Assembly (NCBI GenBank): GCA_028720145.1
Contig: JAQYLJ010000067.1
Span: 27,890-91,889, forward strand
Direction of reading: 5' to 3'
From: Clostridia bacterium
GTDB taxonomy: Bacteria; Bacillota; Clostridia; Oscillospirales; CAG-272
Length of the DNA stretch: 64,000 bases
Position numbers and translations under genes: made by a program. The notes under the pieces were generated by a model. That model saw nothing but the letters and a program-made list of their open reading frames with translations, did not search any database and had not been told where the DNA came from. The stretch's first letter is position 1. Every line of letters begins with the position of its first letter. Shown piece by piece: positions 17,865 through 27,549 of the stretch.

Positions 17865-18206
17865 ATGCCGTATATTGATACCAAGGTGTCGGGACATTTG
17901 ACCCGGGACGCCGAAGAACACTTAAAAACCGCGTTCGGAGAAGCGATTACCTGCCTCTCCGGGAAGACCGAGAGTTATCTCATGCTCTCGTTCACCGAAT
18001 GTGCCCGTCTGTGGTTCGCGGGTACGGACGCGCCTGCCGCGATGCTGGAAGTCAGCGTCTTCGGGGGGCTCGACCACGAGGAGGCATCCGCGCTCACCGC
18101 ACGCCTGACCGACGCGGTCGCGGACACTCTGCTCATTCCGCGTGACCGCATCTATGTCAAGTACACGACCACGTCCGAATGGGGCTGGCAGGGAGAGCAG
18201 TTCTGA
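17865..18206 (+). CDS. MIF / phenylpyruvate tautomerase-family protein (tautomerase superfamily, Pro-1)
   Basis: Starts MP (catalytic Pro1) after an AAAGGAG RBS. It is 113 aa and collinear with MIF (…GK.E.Y…FAG…DRIYVKY…WGW.G..F). Confidence 0.7.
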   Translation: MPYIDTKVSGHLTRDAEEHLKTAFGEAITCLSGKTESYLMLSFTECARLWFAGTDAPAAMLEVSVFGGLDHEEASALTARLTDAVADTLLIPRDRIYVKYTTTSEWGWQGEQF

Positions 18207-18208
18207 CG

Positions 18209-19336
18209 ATGGCGAAGACCTCATCGGTTGTTCTGCCGCCTTTTGCCGACCCGCTCCTCGCGTGGTATGACCGAAACAAACGGGATCTCCCGTGGCGCGA
18301 GAACCCGACCCCCTATCGGGTATGGGTCTCCGAAATCATGCTGCAACAGACGCGGGTAGAGGCGGTGAAACCCTACTATTTTCGGTTCCTCGCCGCGCTC
18401 CCGACGGTTCACGCGCTCGCCGCGTGTCCGCCCGATACCCTCCATAAACTGTGGGAGGGACTGGGGTATTATTCGCGGGTGCGGAATCTGCAACGGGCGG
18501 CGGAACTCATCTGCCGCGACTATGGGGGAGAACTCCCGCGCGACCCCGAGATCCTCAAAAAACTCCCGGGCATCGGCAGTTACACCGCAGGTGCGATCGC
18601 ATCGTTTGCCTACGGGGTCCCCGCGCCCGCCGTGGACGGGAATGTCCTGCGCGTGCTCGCCCGCCTGCTCGCCGACCGTCGGGATGTGACCGACCCGCGC
18701 GTGAAAGCCGACTATGAGGCGGCGGTCGCCGCCGCCCTGCCTACCGACCGCCCGGGGGACTATAACCAAGCGCTGATTGAAGTCGGGGCGACGGTCTGCG
18801 GACCGAACACCTCGCCCGCCTGTGCCGCGTGCCCGCTCGTCGGCGTTTGCCGCGCACACGCGGAGGGCGTAGAAGACGAACTCCCCTATCGGGCGAAAAA
18901 GAAAACGCGGAAAATCGAAAAGCGCACGGTGCTTTTGGTGTCGGACGGGACACGGTATCTGATTCACCGCCGCCCGACAAGCGGACTGCTCGCCGATCTG
19001 TGGGAATTCCCCGCCATCGCGGGACACGCATCGACCGCGGAGGTCGCGGCGTACATGAAAGAACTCGGCTTGCCTCTGCGTTTCATCACGGAGGGAAAGC
19101 GCGCCAAACATATCTTCACCCATCTCGAATGGGAGATGTCCTCGTATCGCATCGACACCGACTTCTCGCGTCTCGCGACCGACAGCCCCCTTTTGCGGGA
19201 TGAGAGAGGGGACCTCACGCCCTCGCCCGCCGGGGACTGGATGCTCGCGACCCCCTCGGAAATTCACGAAGTGTACCCGCTGCCGTCCGCGTTTTCCGCA
19301 TTTCTCTCAGAAATCGGGGGAGAGCCGCCATGCTGA
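18209..19336 (+). CDS. mutY: A/G-specific adenine DNA glycosylase
   Basis: LLAWYDRNKRDLPWR, YRVWVSEIMLQQTRV, HhH-GPD motif (LPGIGSYTAGAIASFAY), Fe-S loop (CGPNTSPACAACPLVGVC), and a C-terminal NUDIX-like domain. Confidence 0.93.
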   Translation: MAKTSSVVLPPFADPLLAWYDRNKRDLPWRENPTPYRVWVSEIMLQQTRVEAVKPYYFRFLAALPTVHALAACPPDTLHKLWEGLGYYSRVRNLQRAAELICRDYGGELPRDPEILKKLPGIGSYTAGAIASFAYGVPAPAVDGNVLRVLARLLADRRDVTDPRVKADYEAAVAAALPTDRPGDYNQALIEVGATVCGPNTSPACAACPLVGVCRAHAEGVEDELPYRAKKKTRKIEKRTVLLVSDGTRYLIHRRPTSGLLADLWEFPAIAGHASTAEVAAYMKELGLPLRFITEGKRAKHIFTHLEWEMSSYRIDTDFSRLATDSPLLRDERGDLTPSPAGDWMLATPSEIHEVYPLPSAFSAFLSEIGGEPPC

Positions 19337-20109
19337 CGCGCGAAGAGTTGCTCAACCGTTTTCCCGCCCTCGGGGAAGTGGAAATCCATGAGGCGATTTC
19401 CTCGACCAACGACCGCGCGATCGCCCTCGCGAAAGCAGGCGCGCCGCATCTCACGCTGGTGCTGTCCGACAGTCAGTCGGTAGGACGGGGCAGGGGGAGC
19501 CGCTCGTTTTTCTCCCCATCCGGGACGGGGGTCTACTATTCCATCCTCGTCCGTCCGAAGTGCGCGGCGGAAGAGGTGTCCCGCCTGACTCTCCTCGCCG
19601 CCGTCGCGACGGCGGAAGCCATCGAGGAGATTGCTCCCCTGCAAGTGGGTATCAAGTGGGTCAATGACCTGTGGGTCAATAGACGGAAAGTGACGGGAAT
19701 CCTCACAGAGGGCGGCTTCACCCCGTCGGGAGACCCCGCTTGGGCGGTCATCGGCATCGGGGTCAATGTCGGGAAAATGACTTTCCCGCCATCGCTCGCA
19801 GCAGTCGCCACTTCTCTTGAAAACGAGGCAGGGTGTCCGCTCTCGCGGGACGACCTCATCTGTCATATGACCGAACGCCTGCTCACCCGCCTCGCCGATT
19901 TCCCAAACGGAGATTACCTCGACGCATACCGCGCCCGCTCGTGTCTTGTCGGCGCGACCGTCGAAATCGCGCGTGGGGAAGAGACCTACCCTGCCCGCGT
20001 CCTCGGGATCGGGGACAAGGGGGAACTGCTCCTCGATCGCGCGGGGGAGAGAGTTTCTCTTTCTTCGGGAGAGATCGCCCATGTCACTTTCCACGGGAAC
20101 AACCACTGA
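19330..20109 (+). CDS. birA: biotin--[acetyl-CoA-carboxylase] ligase, class I (no N-terminal HTH)
   Basis: SQSVGRGRGSRSFFSP (GRGRxGR motif) and KWVNDLWVNRRKVTGILTE. At 259 aa it is too short for a repressor domain. Confidence 0.9.
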   Translation: MLTREELLNRFPALGEVEIHEAISSTNDRAIALAKAGAPHLTLVLSDSQSVGRGRGSRSFFSPSGTGVYYSILVRPKCAAEEVSRLTLLAAVATAEAIEEIAPLQVGIKWVNDLWVNRRKVTGILTEGGFTPSGDPAWAVIGIGVNVGKMTFPPSLAAVATSLENEAGCPLSRDDLICHMTERLLTRLADFPNGDYLDAYRARSCLVGATVEIARGEETYPARVLGIGDKGELLLDRAGERVSLSSGEIAHVTFHGNNH

Positions 20110-20187
20110 CCCGAAATCCCCGAAGAATTTGGAAAAACAAGACCGAATGAAAACAAAATCATACATAGAAAACGAAAGGAACCTCCC

Positions 20188-20736
20188 ATGAATCCGTCCA
20201 CTACCCGTTCTTCAATGCGCCTGCGCAGACTCGCCGTGACGGCGCTCTTTGCCGCCCTGCTCGCGGTCATCTGCCCGATTTCTTTCCCCATCGCCACCAT
20301 TCCCGTGACCTTTTCGCTCCTTGTCATCTATCTCGCGGGGGGGCTGCTCGGACCCGTCTACGGGTTCCTCGCGGTGCTCGTCTATCTCGTACTCGGCGCC
20401 TGCGGGCTCCCCGTATTCTCCGGATTCTCGGGCGGGATTGGGAAACTGCTGGGACCGACCGGCGGGTATCTCATTGGCTATCTGCCCTGCGTCGCCATTG
20501 TCGGTCTGTCGAAGAAATTCCCGAAACTCTTTCCGGTTCTCTCGGTCCTCGGGCTCGCCGTCTGCTATCTGTTCGGAACCATTTGGCTGACCCTCTCGAC
20601 GGCGAACAGTTTTGTCGCCGCTCTCTCGATCGCGGTCGTGCCGTACCTGCCGTTTGACGCACTGAAAATCATCGCGGCGTCGCTCCTCTTCTATCCTCTG
20701 CGCCGCGCGTACTTAAAAATCACCCACGAAAACTGA
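20188..20736 (+). CDS. bioY: biotin transporter BioY (ECF S-component)
   Basis: PITFSLLVIYLAGGLLGP, GPTGGYLIGYLP, six hydrophobic helices, and adjacency to birA. Confidence 0.9.
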   Translation: MNPSTTRSSMRLRRLAVTALFAALLAVICPISFPIATIPVTFSLLVIYLAGGLLGPVYGFLAVLVYLVLGACGLPVFSGFSGGIGKLLGPTGGYLIGYLPCVAIVGLSKKFPKLFPVLSVLGLAVCYLFGTIWLTLSTANSFVAALSIAVVPYLPFDALKIIAASLLFYPLRRAYLKITHEN

Positions 20737-20830
20737 TTTACCCGCGCGTTTTTCGCGCGTTTCACCGCTTTTTTGACCCACCCGCCGAAAACGGGAATAT
20801 ACAGGCGCATATCGCCGAAAGGAATGTCCC

Positions 20831-21469
20831 ATGCTGAAAGTAGAAAGAATCTACGTCATGAACTTTGAGAACGCCATCCGAGGCGCACGGAACCCGATGA
20901 ACAGTTGGGGGAGAATGGACAGTTATTACGACGAGGACGGCAATTACCATCTGGGAGAAAACGATCTGTCGCTCGCCGTGCGGCTCGCCCGCGCCGGCTC
21001 GGATCACCGCAAGTATCTCCGTCAGGTGATGGTCTCCATGGACATTACCGCGCCGCTCTACTGGTGGAAAGAGTTTGACACCTATAAAGTCGGCACCGTG
21101 GCGAACTCCTGCTCGACCATGCACAAGATTCATGCCAAGGCGTTCTCCCGCGAGGACTTCGCCTGTGACCGCCTGACCCCCGACGCGCTCGCCGCGCTCG
21201 ACACACTCATCGCGTATTTGGAGGGGGAGCGGCAGGCGTATGTCGAGACCAAGGACCTCTCGCATTGGCACAACATGATTCAACTGCTCCCCTCGTCGTA
21301 CTTACAAATGCGGACGGTCACCCTCAACTACGAGGTGCTGATTCATATGTACGCGGCGCGCAAGAATCACAAGCTGCAAGAATGGCATGATTTCTGCGAC
21401 GCGGTACGCACCCTGCCTTACGCAAAAGAATTGATTTTACCTCCCGAGGAGGAAGAGGAACAAGCATGA
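20831..21469 (+). CDS. ThyX-fold (FAD-dependent thymidylate synthase-like) protein lacking the canonical ThyX motif
   Basis: Collinear by eye with ThyX: GSDHRKYLRQVMVSMDITAPLYWWKEFDTYKVGTVANSCSTMH against [40 protein letters not shown]. The later helix LLPSSYLQMRTVTLNYEVLIHMY also matches. ATGA overlap with nadE. Confidence 0.5.
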   Translation: MLKVERIYVMNFENAIRGARNPMNSWGRMDSYYDEDGNYHLGENDLSLAVRLARAGSDHRKYLRQVMVSMDITAPLYWWKEFDTYKVGTVANSCSTMHKIHAKAFSREDFACDRLTPDALAALDTLIAYLEGERQAYVETKDLSHWHNMIQLLPSSYLQMRTVTLNYEVLIHMYAARKNHKLQEWHDFCDAVRTLPYAKELILPPEEEEEQA

Positions 21470-23388
21470 AAGACGGCTTTTTACGCATCGGGACAGCCGT
21501 CCCGAGAACCCATGTGGCAAACCCGCAGGCGAATGCCGACGCGCATATTGCCGCCGCGCGGCGCGCGGCGGAAGAGGGGGTACGTGTCCTCGCGTTCCCC
21601 GAACTCTCGCTCTCCGCGTATACCTGCTCCGACCTCTTCTATCAGGATGTCTTGTTGAACGCCTGCGAAGAGGCGCTCGCACGCTATCTGCGTGAGACGG
21701 CGGAACTCGACCTCATCGGTTTTGTCGGTGTCCCCGTCAAGTGCTGCGGGAATCTCTATAACTGCGCCGCCGTGGTCTCGCGCGGGCACCTCTTGGGTCT
21801 TGTCCCCAAGAGCAATGTCTGCACCTATGCCGAGTTCTACGAGGGACGGCACTTCGCCGAGGCACCCGCGGAGCCGGTCTCACTCACCTATGCGGGGGAA
21901 GAGACGGTGCTCGGCACCAAGCAACTCTTTGTCTGTCGGGAGATGCCCGCCTGCGTCATCGCGGCGGAAATCTGCGAGGACCTCTGGGTGGCGAACCCGC
22001 CCTCGAACGCGCATACCGCCGCGGGTGCGACCCTGGTCGTCAATCTCTCCGCCTCGGACGAGGTGGTCGGGAAAACCGACTACCGCCGCGAGATGATCTC
22101 CATTCAGTCGGCGAGAGCCATGTGCGCGTATCTGTACGCCGACGCGGGAGAGGGAGAGAGCGGGAGCGACCTCGTCTTCGCGGGGAACTGTGTGGTCGCC
22201 GAGGCGGGGAGAATCCTCGCCGAGAGTCTGCCGTTCTCGGACACCCTCATTACCAAGACCGAGGTGGACCTCGGACGGGTGGAAGCCATGCGGGTCCGCA
22301 CCAATACTTTCCGCTCATCGCCCGACGCGTCCTACCGCGTGGTGCCGTTTTCTCTTGCGCTCTCGGAGACGCCGCTCTCCCGCGCCGAGAGTCAAACGCC
22401 ATTTGTCCCGACCGACACGACCGAGCGGAACGCGCGCACCGAACTCATTCTGAATATTCAGTCCCGCGCCCTCGCGGGGCGGCTCCGCCACACCGGATGC
22501 AAGACCATGGTGCTCGGGGTATCGGGGGGACTCGACTCTACCCTCGCCCTGCTCGTCTGTGCCCGCGCCGCCGACCTCGCGGGGCTCGACCGCTCGTCGA
22601 TTGTCGCCATTACCATGCCCTGTTTCGGCACCACCAAACGCACGAAGTCCAATGCCAAGACTCTCTCGGAGGCGCTCGGGGCAGAACTCAGGGTCATTGA
22701 TATCAAAAAATCGGTCGACCGCCATTTTGCCGATATCGGGCACGACGGAAAGACCTACGATGTCGTCTACGAAAACGCGCAGGCGCGCGAGCGCACACAG
22801 GTGCTGATGGATGTCGCGAACGGTTGCGGCGGACTGGTCGTCGGGACGGGCGACCTCTCGGAACTTGCGCTCGGCTGGGCGACCTACAACGGCGACCATA
22901 TGTCCATGTATGGGGTCAACGGCGGCGTGCCGAAAACCCTCGTGCGCTATCTCGTGGCGTTTGAAGCGGAACGGCTCGGGAAAGCGGGGAATACCGCTGC
23001 GGCGAAGTGCCTCCGAGACATTCTCGACACGCCCGTCTCGCCCGAACTCCTCCCGCCCGAAAAAGACGGGAATATCGCGCAGAAGACCGAGCACATTCTC
23101 GGACCCTACGAACTCCACGACTTCTTCCTCTACTATTTCGTGCGCTTCGGATTCCCTCCGAGAAAGATTCTCCGCATGGCGACCCTCGCGTTTGCGGGGA
23201 AATATACGGATGACGAGATTCGGCGCACCCTTGTCCTGTTTATCAAACGCTTCTTCACCCAACAATTCAAGCGTTCCTGTCTCCCCGACGGACCCAAGGT
23301 CGGGAGCGTCTGTCTCTCCCCGCGCGGGGACTGGCGGATGCCGAGTGATGCCGAGCGGGACGCATGGCTAAAAGACCTCGAATCATGA
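21466..23388 (+). CDS. nadE: glutamine-dependent NAD(+) synthetase (nitrilase-like + synthetase domains)
   Basis: N-terminal CN-hydrolase domain (FPELSLSAYTCSDLF; AAEICEDLW). The ATP-PPase P-loop is VLGVSGGLDSTLAL. 640 aa. Confidence 0.93.
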   Translation: MKDGFLRIGTAVPRTHVANPQANADAHIAAARRAAEEGVRVLAFPELSLSAYTCSDLFYQDVLLNACEEALARYLRETAELDLIGFVGVPVKCCGNLYNCAAVVSRGHLLGLVPKSNVCTYAEFYEGRHFAEAPAEPVSLTYAGEETVLGTKQLFVCREMPACVIAAEICEDLWVANPPSNAHTAAGATLVVNLSASDEVVGKTDYRREMISIQSARAMCAYLYADAGEGESGSDLVFAGNCVVAEAGRILAESLPFSDTLITKTEVDLGRVEAMRVRTNTFRSSPDASYRVVPFSLALSETPLSRAESQTPFVPTDTTERNARTELILNIQSRALAGRLRHTGCKTMVLGVSGGLDSTLALLVCARAADLAGLDRSSIVAITMPCFGTTKRTKSNAKTLSEALGAELRVIDIKKSVDRHFADIGHDGKTYDVVYENAQARERTQVLMDVANGCGGLVVGTGDLSELALGWATYNGDHMSMYGVNGGVPKTLVRYLVAFEAERLGKAGNTAAAKCLRDILDTPVSPELLPPEKDGNIAQKTEHILGPYELHDFFLYYFVRFGFPPRKILRMATLAFAGKYTDDEIRRTLVLFIKRFFTQQFKRSCLPDGPKVGSVCLSPRGDWRMPSDAERDAWLKDLES

Positions 23389-24017
23389 CGGATATTTTTT
23401 CTCTGTTTCAAAAAATCGGCTCTTCGACCCCTGTCGCCAAGGGACCCGTGACCCATCTCGTCGTGGGGCTCGGGAACCCGGGGAAGGACTATGAGGGCAC
23501 CCGCCATAACGCGGGGTTCATCTGCATCGACGAGGTGGCGAAACGCTGTGGTGTGAAGATTCTCTCGTCGAAATTCCACGCGCTGGTCTCCGAGGCGGAA
23601 TGCGGCGGGAAACGGGTTCTACTCATGAAACCGCAGACTTTCATGAACCTGTCGGGTGTGGCGGTTGCCGAGGCGGCGGGGTTCTATCAGATTCCCCCCG
23701 AGCGGATTCTCGTCATCTGTGACGATATCAACTTCGGCGTGGGGCACGCCCGCATCCGCCTGAAAGGCTCGAACGGAGGACATAACGGGCTCCGCAACAT
23801 AGAGGACCGATTGGGCTCGCAGGCGTACATGAGGATTCGCGTCGGCGTGGGGCAGAAACCCTCGCCGGAATATGACCTCGCCGCGTGGGTGCTCGGGAGA
23901 TTCCCGCAGGACGAACTACACCTGCTCGAAGAGACCATGGCGCCCCGCGTCGCGGACGCGGTCGAACTGATGCTCGCGGGGAAACCCGAGGACGCGATGT
24001 CCCGCTATTCCAAATAA
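23385..24017 (+). CDS. pth: aminoacyl-tRNA (peptidyl-tRNA) hydrolase
   Basis: LVVGLGNPGKDYEGTRHNAGF...GHNGLRNI. The start is ambiguous: ATG 23385 overlaps the nadE stop, and ATG 23364 is the alternative. Confidence 0.9.
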   Translation: MTDIFSLFQKIGSSTPVAKGPVTHLVVGLGNPGKDYEGTRHNAGFICIDEVAKRCGVKILSSKFHALVSEAECGGKRVLLMKPQTFMNLSGVAVAEAAGFYQIPPERILVICDDINFGVGHARIRLKGSNGGHNGLRNIEDRLGSQAYMRIRVGVGQKPSPEYDLAAWVLGRFPQDELHLLEETMAPRVADAVELMLAGKPEDAMSRYSK

Positions 24018-24021
24018 GACC

Positions 24022-27000
24022 ATGAAACTGACAAGGTTTTTGTTTTCCGACCCTCTCTTTGCGGAGACCCTCGAAGGAATCCGCGCACAGAGAGAGGCGG
24101 CGCGCCCGCTTCCCATCCTCGTGAACGGGCTGACCGGCGGGGCGGAGGACGCGTTCTGCTGTGAGGCGGCGACCGCGCTTTATCGTGAGTGCGGCACCCC
24201 CGTCCTCTTTCTCGTCCCGGACGAGACGCGGGCTGCACAATTGACCGCCTGCCTCACCTCTGCCGGGGTGCGCGCCCACCTTTTCCGACGGCGACCGCCG
24301 GTATATCGTTTTTATCCTGCCTCTCACGACATGGAGCGCGAGCGGCTTTTTGTCTTGCGTGCGTGTCTTTCGGGAGATGCCGAAGCGGTGGTGGCGACCT
24401 CTGCCGCCGCGCTCGGATACCTGATGCCCAAAGAGACCCTCGCGGCGTACTCGCTCTCGCTCGAGGTCGGGCGGGAATACCCGCAGGAAACACTCCTTGC
24501 GCGTCTCGCCGCGTTTGGGTACACTCGCTGTGACCTCGTGGAGGCACCCGGGCAGTATGCCCGTCGGGGCGGGATTGTCGACTTTTGGCAGCAGGCGGGG
24601 GATTTCCCCCTCCGCATGGAATATTTCGGGGACGAGATCGACCGCATGGGCTATTTCGACCCGCTCACCCAGCGCGTCACCGAGACGGTCTCGTCTTATA
24701 CCTTGTTGCCCGCGCGGGAAGTCCTTTTGGACGAGGGAGCCGTCTCGCGGGTACGCGCTTCGATTGCGCGAATGCGCGGGCGTGCCGAGGGGGATGCGCT
24801 CGAACTGCTGAAACGGGAGGAGATCGCCCTTTCGGGGGACGAGGAATTTCTCTCGCGCGACCGCTTTCTGCCCCTCATCTATCCAGAGAAAAACACCCTG
24901 TTTGACTATTTCCCCGCAAAAACCCCCGTATTTTTCATGGGAACCAACGAGGTCACGGCGTCATACAAGGCAGAGTGGGAGAGCGAACGCGAACAGATCG
25001 AACGCCTGATTGTCGAGGGCGTCCTCGAAGAAAAATACGCGGGGTCTCTCTCGGACGAAAAGACATTCACCGAGATTCTCTCTCGCGCGGTGCCGGTGCA
25101 TCTCAACGCGTTCGGCGGCGGCTCCTTCCAAAAAGAGGGGGGGCTCTTCGGCTTCCGCTGCCGCAGACTTCCGACCTATGCCGATTCCCCCAAAGCACTC
25201 CTCGACGACCTGTCGTCCTATCTCAAACTTTCCTATACCGTCCTTTTGGTCTGCGAGACCTCCGCCGAGGCGGCGCGTCTCCGCGCGTACCTGACCGATG
25301 CGGGCTATCAGGCGGTCATCGCCCCCGAGGGGCTGACGCCCGAGAACGCCGTCCCCGGTGTGGTCTATCTGCTCTCGGGATGGGATCTCTCCTCGGGGTA
25401 TGAATTGCTCACGCCCCGCCTCGCGGTGCTCTCGACCCTACATGGCAACGCCGCCGCGTCCCCCCGCCGCCTCTCGCAGGGGAGAAAACGGCGGTTCACC
25501 CCTGGCAGGACCATTCTCTCTTATTTGGAACTCAAACCCGGCGATCTCGTCGTCCATGAGAAGTACGGGATCGGGCGGTTCACGGGCATTGAGACCCTCC
25601 GACAGGACGGTGTGTGCCGTGACTATATCACCATTCAGTATGCGGGGACAGACCGTCTGTTCATTCCCGCGGACGCACTCGACGCGGTCACCAAATATGT
25701 CGGCGGTGAGGACGGAAAGGTCCCGCTCTCCAAGATGGGCGGCACCGCCTGGACGAAGACCAAGTCCCGCGCGAAAGCGGCGGCGAAAGAGATGGCGCAG
25801 GAACTCATCGCGCTGTACGCCGCCCGTATGCGGGAACCCGGGATTGCGTTCCCACGCGAAGAGGAGATGGAAACCGAGTTCGCGGGGAATTTCCCCTATG
25901 AACTCACCGAATGTCAGGCGCAGGCGCTCGAGGACATTTTCCGCGATATGGAGAAACCCACGCCGATGGACCGTCTCCTCTGCGGAGATGTGGGATACGG
26001 AAAGACCGAGGTCGCGCTCCGTGCCGCATTTCGTGCCATCGCGAACGGGAAACAGGTGGCGATTCTCGTCCCGACCACCATTCTCGCCTTGCAACACTAT
26101 GAGACCGCGGTCAGTCGGATGCGTGGGTTCGCCGTCAAAGTGGATATGCTCTCCCGTATGCGTACCCCAAGGGAACAGGCTGCGGTACGCCGCCGTGTGG
26201 CGCGCGGAGAGACCGATCTCATCATCGGCACGCACAGTTTGCTCGCGGGGTCGATTACATTCAAGCGGCTAGGGCTGCTCATCGTGGACGAGGAACAGCG
26301 GTTCGGCGTGGCACAAAAAGAGAAAATCAAGAGTTTCGCCAAGGATATCGATGTCCTGACCCTGACGGCGACCCCCATCCCCCGCACGCTGAATATGGCG
26401 GTCGGCGGGATTCGGGACCTGTCGGTGCTCGACCTCGCGCCGGGAGACCGCCGCCCCGTGGAGACCTATGTCCTCGAATACGCGGAGGAGCCGATTTTCT
26501 CGGCGATTCGGAAAGAACTCGCCCGCGCGGGACAGGTGCTCTATCTCTATAACCGCGTCGAGACCATCGACCTCGTCGCGGGGCGGGTGCAAAAGGCGTT
26601 CCCCGGGGCGCGCGTGGCGTATGCCCACGGGCAGATGGAGCGTGGGGTGGTGGAGGACATTTGGCAGGCGCTCGTGCGCGGGGAGATCGACATTCTCATC
26701 TGCACCACTATCATTGAGACAGGGGTCGACCTCCCGAACGCGAACACCCTCATCATCGAGGATGCCGACCGTCTCGGACTCGCACAACTCCATCAGATTC
26801 GCGGACGCATCGGCAGGTCCTCCCGTCAGGCGTATGCCTATCTCACCTACCGCGCAGGGAAAGTCCTCACGGAAGAATCGCGCCAGCGGCTCGCCGCCCT
26901 GCGGGAATATACCGAATTTGGTGCGGGGTTCCGCATCGCCCTTCGTGACATGGAGATTCGCGGCGCGGGGAATCTGCTCGGCGCGGATCAGCACGGACAT

Positions 27001-27549
27001 ATTCTGTCGGTCGGGTATGACCTCTATGTGAAACTGCTCGAAGAGGCGGTGCTCACCGAACAGGGCAAACCCAAGACCCCTGCGTTTGAATCCAAGATTG
27101 ACCTCAAAGTCGACGCATATCTGCCGGATTCGTATATTCCGTCCTCGGCGCACCGCATGGAACTCTATAAGAAGATTTCTCTCATTGAGACCGAAGAGGA
27201 CAGGGAAGACCTCATCGACGAACTCTGCGACCGCTTCGGCGACCCGCCGAAGCCCGCTCTGAATCTGACCTATGTGGCGCTCTGCCACGCGCTCGCGGTG
27301 AAGTGTCGGATTCTCACCCTGACCCGCAACGAGAAGAACCTGCTGATTCTCGCGGAAAAGCCCGACCCCGATGTCTGGGCGGAACTCTATCATGCCTTCG
27401 ACGGGTTCCGTCCGCCTTCCACGCGCAGTCCCTATCTCACGCTGGGCATGAAGGATTTGAAGAATCCCGCACGCACCGCCGCCGAGATGGTGCGGCTCTA
27501 TTCCGAGACCTACGAAACCCTGCATAAGGAGGTTCCAAATGCCGAATAA
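24022..27549 (+). CDS. mfd: transcription-repair coupling factor
   Basis: 1175 aa with a CarD/TRCF RNAP-interaction domain (GDLVVHEKYGIGRF), DEAD-box helicase motifs (GDVGYGKTEVA, DEEQRFG, TATPIPRT, QLHQIRGRIGRS) and a TRG region. Confidence 0.95.
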   Translation: MKLTRFLFSDPLFAETLEGIRAQREAARPLPILVNGLTGGAEDAFCCEAATALYRECGTPVLFLVPDETRAAQLTACLTSAGVRAHLFRRRPPVYRFYPASHDMERERLFVLRACLSGDAEAVVATSAAALGYLMPKETLAAYSLSLEVGREYPQETLLARLAAFGYTRCDLVEAPGQYARRGGIVDFWQQAGDFPLRMEYFGDEIDRMGYFDPLTQRVTETVSSYTLLPAREVLLDEGAVSRVRASIARMRGRAEGDALELLKREEIALSGDEEFLSRDRFLPLIYPEKNTLFDYFPAKTPVFFMGTNEVTASYKAEWESEREQIERLIVEGVLEEKYAGSLSDEKTFTEILSRAVPVHLNAFGGGSFQKEGGLFGFRCRRLPTYADSPKALLDDLSSYLKLSYTVLLVCETSAEAARLRAYLTDAGYQAVIAPEGLTPENAVPGVVYLLSGWDLSSGYELLTPRLAVLSTLHGNAAASPRRLSQGRKRRFTPGRTILSYLELKPGDLVVHEKYGIGRFTGIETLRQDGVCRDYITIQYAGTDRLFIPADALDAVTKYVGGEDGKVPLSKMGGTAWTKTKSRAKAAAKEMAQELIALYAARMREPGIAFPREEEMETEFAGNFPYELTECQAQALEDIFRDMEKPTPMDRLLCGDVGYGKTEVALRAAFRAIANGKQVAILVPTTILALQHYETAVSRMRGFAVKVDMLSRMRTPREQAAVRRRVARGETDLIIGTHSLLAGSITFKRLGLLIVDEEQRFGVAQKEKIKSFAKDIDVLTLTATPIPRTLNMAVGGIRDLSVLDLAPGDRRPVETYVLEYAEEPIFSAIRKELARAGQVLYLYNRVETIDLVAGRVQKAFPGARVAYAHGQMERGVVEDIWQALVRGEIDILICTTIIETGVDLPNANTLIIEDADRLGLAQLHQIRGRIGRSSRQAYAYLTYRAGKVLTEESRQRLAALREYTEFGAGFRIALRDMEIRGAGNLLGADQHGHILSVGYDLYVKLLEEAVLTEQGKPKTPAFESKIDLKVDAYLPDSYIPSSAHRMELYKKISLIETEEDREDLIDELCDRFGDPPKPALNLTYVALCHALAVKCRILTLTRNEKNLLILAEKPDPDVWAELYHAFDGFRPPSTRSPYLTLGMKDLKNPARTAAEMVRLYSETYETLHKEVPNAE

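Noticed and set aside
20737-20830. BirA operator (bioO) near bioY
   Set aside because: The BirA encoded here lacks the N-terminal HTH domain, and no bioO-like dyad was seen. The CGCGCG-ttttt-CGCGCG hairpin is better explained as the bioY terminator.
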